Source: Octopus bimaculoides
Taxonomy: Eukaryota
Direction: 5' to 3'
DNA length: 32,529 nucleotides
Assembly: GCF_001194135.2 (NCBI RefSeq)
Contig: NC_068990.1
Location: forward strand, 13,577,406 to 13,609,934
Shown here: positions 23,461 to 32,529 of the stretch, piece after piece
How the letters are laid out: the number at the start of each line of letters is the position of its first letter
Position numbering within the stretch: position 1 is the stretch's first letter
The notes under the pieces: generated by a model
What the model saw: the letters and a program-made list of their open reading frames with translations, nothing else
The model's database searches: none
What the model was told of the DNA's origin: nothing
Translations under genes and position numbers: made by a program

Positions 23461-23675
23461 TTCTTTTCGACTCTAGGTACAAGGCCCGAGATTTTGAGAG
23501 AGGGGGCCAGTTGATTAGATCGACTCCAGTACACAACTGGTACTTAATTTATCGACCCCGAAATGATGAAAGGCAAAGTTGACCTCGTCGGAATTTGAAC
23601 TCTGAACATAAAGACAGACGAAATACTGCTAAGCATTTCGCCCGTCGTGCTAACGATTCTGCAAGCTCGCCGCCT
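23461..23675 (-). mobile_element. SINE family B, full-length copy
   Basis: Reverse-complement head AGGCGGCGAGCTTGCAGAATCGTTAGCACGACGGGCGAAATGCTTAG. Body and tail colinear with the other B copies. Confidence 0.92.
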
Positions 23676-23701
23676 CAATAAATGATATTTATTTGTCTCA
23701 C

Positions 23702-23745
<44 letters not shown>

Positions 23746-23750
<5 letters not shown>

Positions 23751-24562
23751 AGGATGTAAGGCTAGAAATGAACAGTGGCGCTGTCTCAGGTGAACAAGAA
23801 GCGATTGTCTTGGGCAAAAGAACATGAAGATCGGACTGATGAATGATTGGGCTTAAAGCTGTTTGATCCGATGAAAATAAGTTTGAGGTAGGTTCTCCAT
23901 ATTAGTTTCCATTAATTTATTAGGCATAATTGAATTCGTTATGCTTGTATGCATTTTTTATTGGATACCAAAAATGATAAGTAAAACTTGTGTTTCTTCT
24001 CAGATCTTTGGAACCCCTGGAGCTGTTTATGTTCGTCGAAGGATTGGGGGAAGCTTAAGATCCTAGATATATTGTCGCAACAATCAAATTTGGAAGTGGC
24101 TACGTTTTGGTTTTGGGTTGCATGTCATCTTCAGGCCCAGGAATGTCGTACACTTGTGAGGGCAGAATGAATTCCAACACTTACACCAGCATGTTTGATC
24201 AAGTTTATTAATCTTCCTTAGGTAAAATTTTCATTGATAACATACCAGATGGTGTAATCTTCCAACAAGACAATGCTCCATACCACACATCCAGAATCTC
24301 AACGGGGTGGTTTGAGGAGAAAGGAGTGAGGCTGATGGAATGGCCCCCTCAATTTTCAGACCTCAACCCCATTGAACATTTGTAGTCACACTTGGGCACA
24401 AGAGCCAGGGTGCACAAATATTCTTCAAAAAGTGAATTAACAGCTAAAATTCATGAAGAGTGGCAGAAAATTAAGCCAACCATTTTTGCCAGCTTAGTAT
24501 CAAGCAAACAGAAACGTATACAAGCGGTGATAAAAGCGAAAGGAGGACACATAAAATATTAA
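23746..24562 (+). pseudogene. Tc1 DD34E transposase pseudogene with one intron
   Basis: KKRLSWAKEHED...V*SDENKFE | IFGTPGAVYVRRRIGEA*...GCMSSSGPG...IFQQDNAPYH...WPPQFSDLNPIEHL*...RIQAVIKAKGGHIKY*. Catalytic D at 23870, D at 24269 and E at 24374 (34 residues between the last two). Several stops and frameshifts. Confidence 0.92.
23888..24003 (+). other. Spliceosomal (GT-AG) intron in the Tc1 transposase, 116 nt, phase 0
   Basis: GAG|GTAGGT ... TGTGTTTCTTCTCAG|ATC. Removing it restores the conserved SDENKFE-IFG...VRRR motif. Its length is not a multiple of 3. Confidence 0.8.
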
Positions 24563-25413
24563 TTATTGATAGAATATACTCAAAAATGCTTATTATCATT
24601 TCAATTATGATATAAATGAGTTTCAATCATATTCTCTACTTTTTCATACCTGCCCCGTAATTTTGGCCAAGGCTGTATATATAAGACAAATATGTTACAA
24701 GGTTGTCCAGGTATCAGTGTCGTACGGCTGTTTCAAGCGGATCCATTTAGTTGATCAATGCAAACATTACATCAATGTGAAATAAACCATACTCCTGGGG
24801 AGCATACGACCATACAAATTTCCGAAATACAAGCTACTCCATTAAAAGTTTTTGGCAAATTTTTCATCAGTACTAGAGATAAAAATAATTACACTACTTC
24901 TTTTTGCTAATGAAATTTAGGGAAGAAAAACCTATAAAGCCTATTATAATTTAGAGTGGCAGAAGAAATTAATGGGGTTCAAGAAACAGGAATATTGATA
25001 TAGCTACATTATCACATTCAAAACCTTATCACATTCAAAAAACCCAATGCAGCAAGTAGTCTACATCTCCTTAGAATTAAAACCATTGGGAATTGACAGT
25101 TAAGTTCTTGCCGTTGGTGAAAAATTAATTAATGTCAGATACACTTCCCTCCCCCTATTTTACTATGACCATAAAATCAGCCGCATCTAAATTAAAGAAT
25201 ATGTCTGAGAAAATGCTAGCAAGATAATGATAAATTGAGACGAGGAAATAACCAGAAAGAGGAAGAACAGGGGTCCCTTATCATACTATGATTATCAACT
25301 AAAATGGCCCAGAATGGGAGACAAAAGATGTTACGATGGGATCTAAGTGTGAGATCAATTTGTCACCTTTATTGTTTCTATTTTAGGCCCACACACACAC
25401 GCANNNNNNNNNN

Positions 25414-25456
<43 letters not shown>

Positions 25457-25459
<3 letters not shown>

Positions 25460-25619
25460 CGACGGGCCACTTTCAGTTTCCGACTAGCAAGTACACTGAC
25501 AAGGTTTTGTTCGACCCGAGGCTATAGTAGAAGACACTTTCCCAAGGCTCCACACAGTGGGACTGAAACCAGGAGCATGTGACTGGAAAGTAAGCTTCTT
25601 ACCACACAATCATGCGTCT
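25457..25619 (-). mobile_element. SINE family C, 5' module (tRNA head plus CORE-like domain)
   Basis: Reverse complement of 27912-28078. Abuts a (TA)n/(CA)n tract and a 10-N gap. Confidence 0.85.
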
Positions 25620-27227
25620 GTGTGATTTTGATTGTGTATGGCCACATTTTTGGCTCATGCACCTTTCTGACTGATTGAAAGTTTCGATAACAACTCATAT
25701 TATACTTTACTTGCTCTTTCTTGCCACTGTGACATTGATTCTGTTAAAGTTTGCTGATTGATTCTGTTTGAAAGTCTTCTTGTACCCGGTGGAATACACC
25801 GTCCATAGATTTATTAATTTATTTATGCTCCTTTAAACGTACGAATAGTTTGTAGAAGTTATGAATTAATATATTGCAGACCATCTCGATACCTTTATTG
25901 ATTATTCCATATGCCTATTCCTAGTGAACTACATCTTTCCATTCTGCTTAATACGTTCTTTAATTCATTGTGGTTTGGTTCAACGGTATTAGCCATGTAG
26001 ATGTAATTTAATATCATCGACCAGAATTCGAAACCAGAGCTTAATTTATACTTCCCGGGAATATCTATTATACTATATCTTTTTAGCTTATAATGTAGAA
26101 ACAATGATAAGTGGATTAATCGATTAGCCTGACATTCCTCAAAAGATTAAAGACCTTTGACAATTTTATGCCAGAGTTGCCAAAACCAGAGCAAATGAAC
26201 TGCGAGGAAATAATTAAGCTATTGATTTATACACTGTCAGTCATACACATACACACACACATACGCGCGCGCGCACACACAAATACACACATACACACAC
26301 ACATATATATATACATACATAAAAACAAAAATAACGTTGATCACCAAGATAATTATCACAAGTATATTGATCCGTGATATATGTCTTCGTTGTTAACGAT
26401 AATTTCAATCAATATATTAAAATATATTTCGTTGTTAGCTAATACGATTTTAATCTACAACATCGATCATAATGAGCAGAATGATATCTTTTAATGAAGA
26501 GAAGGTCAATCTAGAGGAATATGGCCTCTTTAAATTACAGCCAGTACAATGATGTTTTCGAAAGTGCTGTAACAGCTTGGTAAAATCTATGCCTCGCCAG
26601 TGCTCTTTGGAATGGAGCACATTGAATAGCTATCATGTAGATTGAATGGGAAATCTTAAATACTAATTTCGAAGCTGTACTTGCTTATCAAAAGACTTGA
26701 TTGTGTTTTAAACTGAAAGAATTACATTATGGAAAGTTCATCTGAGCCATGGCATTTAAAATACGCGCATACTGTTATATTTATTTTCGTTGTGTTTGGA
26801 CTTGTGTCAGTGACAATCTACCATGACATTAATTGGCGCTTTATTATTATGAGTAACAACAAGATATAAAATTAAAATGGATGAAATGTTATATGTATGC
26901 ATTAAATGTCTATCGTACCTCTTTCCACTATGCAGATACTTAAATATTAAAGTGCATTCAGAAGGTGTAGTGCATTAGTCCAAAGGAATCAAGATAATAT
27001 TGGGAGCCATTCAAAAGAGTGCATACATAATAATGCATTGAAGAAAACACTTCAATATCTTGAAGTTGTCAGGCTACTGCGTTTTATCTGACTATTATTC
27101 TATCAAACTGTTTGCAGCAGTATCAATAACTTTAACATTACACAAACACGATTTCACTGATAGTTTCCTATAGATTATCAGAAAGCAACAAATGCCTGTA
27201 ATTTCTCTTGAATTCTCATCTCTATAG

Positions 27228-27285
27228 ACAGATAATGACCAACCCTTATTGTATGGTCGGTGACTACGAACCATTATTTCTGCAG
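27228..27285 (+). CDS. Candidate coding exon (QIMTNPYCMVGDYEPLFLQ)
   Basis: Pyrimidine-rich acceptor ATTCTCATCTCTATAG (alternative AG at 27230-27231) and donor CAG|GTATTG. Product unrecognised. Confidence 0.2.
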
Positions 27286-27494
27286 GTATTGCACGTCTAG
27301 AAACCAATATCGTTATAAACAAAATTTTAAATAGAAGAGAGTAATCAATAAAATGCATTTCGAGAAATATAAATTATAATTGAATCATTCATTGATCCCT
27401 CGTGATTTTACAATATAATAAACTTTGTAGGCGCTTTCGGCATCGGAAACATGACTCAAAGAATAACTGAGTATCGGTGTTGATTTTCCTTCAG

Positions 27495-27584
27495 GAGCAG
27501 TATCTCTTTCAAACTGATGAATTGATAAAGTCAGATCAAAGTGTTCTGCCCAGAAATACAACAAAACACTTTCAGCAGAAATGA
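27495..27584 (+). CDS. Candidate terminal coding exon (EQYLFQTDELIKSDQSVLPRNTTKHFQQK*)
   Basis: Acceptor TTGATTTTCCTTCAG, phase 0, compatible with the preceding candidate. Product unrecognised. Confidence 0.2.
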   Translation, partial: EQYLFQTDELIKSDQSVLPRNTTKHFQQK

Positions 27585-27911
27585 AAGCAACATCATCATC
27601 ATGATTTCATACACACAGAATATAAAATAAACATAAGCAGAGTCTTGATAATTTTTGACTGAAATATGAAGTTTTACTGGTCATGCATTCTCTAAGATTA
27701 TGAGTGGCAAAAGTTAATCAAAGTAACTTAATTATTGTCGCAATTTCTGAAAAATAGTTACGTTGAATAAAAGTTCCCAACAATTCGGTCAGTGTCGAAT
27801 ATTTTTGTCTCCAAACTACCAGCTCTTTGCAGATGTTTACCATACTCTTCACGTCTGCTTAACACGCAGAAGATTGAGAGTTAGAGACTCGCCGGAACCT
27901 CTCCTCATTTT

Positions 27912-28078
27912 AGGCGCAGGGGTGGTTGTGTAGTAAGAAGCTTGCTTCCTAACCATATGGTTCCGGTCTCAGTTCCACTGGTTAACACGTTGGGCAAGTG
28001 TCTTCTACTATAGCTTCATGCCGACCAAAGCCTTGTAAATGGATTTGGTAGACGGAAACTGAAAGAAGCCCTTCGTAT
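27912..28078 (+). mobile_element. SINE family C, 5' module
   Basis: AGGCGCAGGGGTGGTTGTGTAGTAAGAAGCTTGCTTCC...TTGGGCAAGTGTCTTCTACTATAGC...GGATTTGGTAGACGGAAACTGAAAGAAGCCC, running directly into (TA)n/(TATG)n. Confidence 0.88.
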
Positions 28079-28169
28079 ATATATATAAATTTATATATAT
28101 ATATATATATATATATATGTAAGTATGCATGTACGTATGTATGTAAGTATGTATGTATGTATGTAGTGG

Positions 28170-28905
28170 TTCTCCCCTATTCATCAATTTTTGTGATGGC
28201 TGAAACGAAGGGACAGCGTGCTTCCGTGAAATTGTTTTCTGGTGACGAAATCGGTAACCGAAATAGCTTTCATACTTCAAACAGCTTACAAGGTTGCTGC
28301 CTTGAGCAAAACACAGGTTTACGGGTAGTTTTCATGCTTCAGGAATGGTCACTTGTCACTTGAAGACTGACTTCGTTCTGGGTGATCATCGACCTCTCGG
28401 ACGAATGAAACTATCACGAAAATTCATGAACTGATCTTGGAGAACCGTCACTGAACAATTGACGAACTTGTTGATATGACTGGCGTGTTCTGGAGCTTCT
28501 CTCAACGAATTTTGAGCGAGGAATTGCGATTGAAAAGAGATGCAGCAAAATTTGTGCCTCGCTTGCTCAGGGAAAATCGAAAACAGTCACGACTGAATGC
28601 GTTTCGTGAACTGAAAGAAGAGTTGGAAGTTGATCCGGACCGTCTTGCGAAGGTCATCCCTAGTGATCAAAGCTGGTGCCCTGTAATTTGCCGCTGTGGA
28701 AAAGGTAAAGGAAAAAAAAACGATGGCTTTAAAAGGCATCACTTCGCAAGAGTTACAGCTCTGCTTCGAACAGTGGAAATGATGCGTTTGGACCGATGCA
28801 TTGCTTCAAATGGAGAATACTTTGGATGCGATAAAAGTGTGAACATGTAAAACTAAGTGAATAAAGTAGCAATGAAAAATGTCAGGTTCTTTTGGGTACA
28901 CTTGG
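28170..28905 (+). mobile_element. Internally deleted mariner element (transposase pseudogene, catalytic core missing)
   Basis: ATG at 28196: MAETKGQRASVK...AYKVAALSKTQVY...ED*LRSG*SSTS...TIDELVDMTG...ILSEELRLKRDAAKFVPRLL...KVIPSDQSWC. This joins directly to the C-terminal FAAVEKVKEK...LKGIT...CFEQWK...LDRCIASNGEYF. Right terminus ...CTTTTGGGTACACTTGG|TA. Confidence 0.88.
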
Positions 28906-29776
28906 TATGTCGACTTGAAAAACATGTATAAACTGTTTTATATGAACCACCTAGTTCCATACAAGTCACATCCATGAATTTAAATTTAAAATTTCCCCTC
29001 AATTTCAATTGAATTTACTTGAAGAACATCATTAAATAAATAATTGCTACGGACGTGAAATATAAACGGCTAAAAATATAAAAGCCTAACTCCGTTTCAG
29101 GAGTTGAATACCTCTTTGAGCAACATTTGTGAAACTAATAAATTTTGTTTGTTTGCTGTTGATTTTCAAACTTGCTTTAATCATAATGAAAGAGCTGTAA
29201 CCATTATGTTTATCTGTTGTTTTTTTTTTTAATTTTCTTTTTCCAGGCATAGTTACCTTCCTTCCTCAAATAATACAGTGTAATTGCTTTCGAAGAGATT
29301 TGGTGGCTTCTTTTTAAATATCAAATGACTTACAAGTGTTGATCCTGCGTGATGATGAAAGATATCTTTCGTGGAAAACGTTTGAACCCTAACCATCCTG
29401 AATTTTTTTTCCGATCTTAGTTTCTTTCTTTTGTAAGAGAATATAATGAGATTGGTTGCGAGGACTCGGGGAGATTTGGTTGCTATATCCAAATTTAAAA
29501 TCATGTAGGTGGCCCCCATACTGAGTCAGGAATGCTGATCATATGATTTATGTCAAAGGAAATCAATCATTAAACCCTGGTAATATTTTTGATATTTTTC
29601 TCAAACATTGTTTTCTTCCTTTTTTTAAGAACGTACAGTATGTTTGGTTACTGAGACATTTGAATGCCATTTCTAGATTGAAAGTTACCACTTAACGAGT
29701 TCCCTCGTTGACGCGTATATTTCTATATAGGGACAGAATCCTTGTTTTAGGGCAGTAGCAATAAATTAAAGCTATA

Positions 29777-29990
29777 CGAGGGACTGCTGAAAAGTTCCTG
29801 ACTTCGGGTAAAAGAAAATACCAGTGGATCAGTTAATTATGATTTTATTCAACATATTCCTCTCTCAGATTCACACACTTATTGCAGTGGACTTTCGACT
29901 TTTCTAAACCTTGTAGAACTCGGAAGGTTGGGCCTCCAGCTAGGCCTTTCACGACACCCTTAAAGCCAGGAATTTGTCAGCACCACCTCG
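29777..29990. mobile_element. Mariner-derived MITE (214 bp)
   Basis: TIRs CGAGGGACTGCTGAAAAGTTCCTG / CAGGAATTTGTCAGCACCACCTCG, with TA on both sides (29775-29776, 29991-29992). Confidence 0.85.
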
Positions 29991-30977
29991 TACATGTTAA
30001 TAGCAGTATTCATTTTAGTGACTTGCATTATTAACCGAGATGTTTGCCAATTCTTTCGTGAAATGTCTTCCTGTTGCAGCGTAAACAATCTACTTTTTAT
30101 TTAAAAATCCAAATTCACTTAACCGTGTATGTCGTTAGCTTGAAAAATAAAAACGCCAATATTTGATCACTCGATCTGTTGGAACATCCTTCTAATCACA
30201 CCATATCTCTTAAAGAAATAGAAAGATATATTAGATAACGCAGTCCGTGTTGTACAGGGTCAGATTAGTCGGAGACGGTTGGAACGTATTTGGTCAAAGT
30301 TTAGCTTAATCAGGGATGACAACGAGGACAACAGCAAATGGATATCTGAGAAGAATTAATAGATGTTTTAGCTATATCTCATGTATCCAAGTAACCAGTT
30401 TACGATTAGGTTAAAGAGCTAATAGAAGAATTAGATGTTACATTGATTCCAGACGACAAATGAAAAGAGATTTTGTTATTGCAAAACATGCTCCTTTCTC
30501 GATTGCACTTTTGGCATTCTATTCCATCTTTTATATTTTTTAGACAATGTATTGGATAAATTTACCCAATATAACGTTAATTTATCCTTTTTATTTTCAG
30601 GATGTAAGCTAGGAAGTGTGTTGAATTCTCTATCAAGTTAAGCGTATGATCAATACATCCGTTCGCATTACATATTTAGTTGTTATTATTATTATTTTTA
30701 TTGATCACAAAGGAATGGAAATTTATATCGTTTTTCTCGGTCGAGCGGAGAAGAATGTGTGGCAAAATTGAAAGTACGAAGTTGGAACAAAAAGAAAAAA
30801 AGAAAAAAAAAGAGAAAAAGAAAGAAAATTGGCCCCGGACTTTTACATTGAATGGTATTTTGTTGTATGCGCAAATAATTCTAGCGATCTCCTTGCTCTT
30901 AATGAAACGATAGTCTTTCTCTCGGAAAGTCATCATACAGTCGCACCTACACGCTAGTACACATGCACATGCACAAA

Positions 30978-31195
<218 letters not shown>

Positions 31196-31815
31196 CCCGG
31201 AACCGCGCGCGCGCGCAGCATACACACACATACACAGATATATGTATGTATATACATACATATATATATATATATATATACAGAAAATTATTTTTTGAGA
31301 ACAATGGATCTTGAAACAGATAAAGCTATAAATAACAGCATGAAAATATTTGGAGAAAAATGTGATTTGGACAGAAAATGCCGAAGGCTGCTCTCAACAA
31401 TATGTATGTATTTATGTATATATATATATATATGTAGGGATGTATGTATTGTGTTGGGTCCTCAATTCGTAAGGACACTATCGTGATATACAGCATACGT
31501 CGGCCAGTTTTCGATCTAATGATGCTTATTGCTCTCTGAGTTTGACTCCAATCAGAATTAGAAAAAGACACAGAAACAATAATTGACTACAATATAAGAA
31601 ACGTATTTTATTTATCGACTCAGATTAAAAACAATACTAGAAGTGTGTCCTGTAGATTATGCTGCAAAGAACATAGATCAGTATTACATCAATTCTCAGC
31701 ATTGAGTTTTTTTCATCATGAATAGGAAACTGGCGAACTCGGCAGGAGTGAGGTTTAAACACATTCCACAATATATTTTTCTGACACTATATTGAGTCTG
31801 CCATTCATTGAATAT

Positions 31816-31846
31816 TACACACACACATACGCACACACACAGACAA

Positions 31847-31937
<91 letters not shown>

Positions 31938-31991
31938 CATACATATGTATATATGTATATATTTTTTAAGGGTAAAATACATACATACATT

Positions 31992-32050
<59 letters not shown>
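31816..32050. repeat. (CA)n, (GATA)n and (GA)n microsatellite cluster
   Basis: Directly visible. Confidence 0.95.
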
Positions 32051-32055
<5 letters not shown>

Positions 32056-32529
32056 AAGAAAGAGAGTCATACATTTGATTTGGGCGAGTTTTGAAGTGAC
32101 TAATATAATGATATGTGTATAGAGAGCAGATGTCTGGTATAATTTGCAAGCTGCAAACATCGCCTTGGTAGTTTAACTTTGTAGTTATCATATTTGAGAA
32201 TAATTATCAACATATGACAGATATAAAAAGTAAAACATTAAATACATTAAACTTGTAATTATTTGCAAGCTTTTTGAACTTTTAAAACGTAAACTAATTT
32301 TAGAGAATTCTTCGCTATATTTGAGAAGCAAATAAAAAATATTGATATGTTGGCAGCAGAGGAATTTGAGCATCGATATGAATTCGATAGTTTGCGCGCG
32401 AAAACATCTCGTGTAAATCACTCATCATAAGCGCCTAACTCATCATAGAAGTCAAGCTAAAACACAAGTATAGATTAAGATAATCCTTATAAAGTGGTAA
32501 GCATTCAGCAGAGCGGAAGTAAAGTCTAA

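Larger units (their letters stand above)
23746..24675 (+). mobile_element. Tc1-like DNA transposon, 5'-truncated, right end present
   Basis: Transposase remnant followed by a right terminus ...CCGTAATTTTGGCCAAGGCTG|TA. Its reverse complement CAGCCTTGGCCAAAA is a Tc1-type TIR start. No left TIR found. Confidence 0.88.

Noticed and set aside
28476-28850. 124-aa ORF as a host gene
   Set aside because: It is part of the decayed mariner transposase and includes an out-of-frame segment across the deletion junction.
29264-29398. Minus-strand frame ending PPNLFESNYTVLFEEG with a GTAACT donor, cadherin-linker-like
   Set aside because: The acceptor region is purine-rich and the cadherin calcium motifs (DxD, DxNDN, LDRE) are absent.
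30601-30641. Strong acceptor (TTTTTATTTTCAG) followed by GCKLGSVLNSLSS*
   Set aside because: Very short, with no phase-compatible upstream exon identified.

Overview
This is an AT-rich, microsatellite-dense eukaryotic animal genomic window with seven assembly gaps. Its repeat content looks like an octopus/coleoid cephalopod genome (inference from tRNA-derived SINEs resembling the octopus OR/OK type and the extreme (TA)n/(CA)n/(GATA)n load). I cannot identify any intact host protein-coding gene, RNA gene or CRISPR array. Almost all ORFs in the track are microsatellite, gap or SINE artefacts. Supported content: four tRNA-derived SINE families (called A-D here, about 17 copies or fragments); decayed Tc1 (DD34E) and mariner transposases; an R4/Dong-like LINE endonuclease remnant; and several MITEs (hAT, Tc1/mariner, piggyBac-like). 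The best structure is at 18469-19017. There a hAT MITE contains a Penelope-like fold-back insert: about 145-bp arms at about 97% identity, a 15-bp target-site duplication (TSD), and a minimal type I hammerhead ribozyme motif in each arm, in opposite orientations. Also notable are a GT-AG intron just after the first catalytic Asp of the Tc1 transposase, two SINEs stacked in one triplicated 12-bp target site, and a low-confidence set of phase-compatible plus-strand exons with LRR-like residue spacing. All alignments and translations were done by eye.
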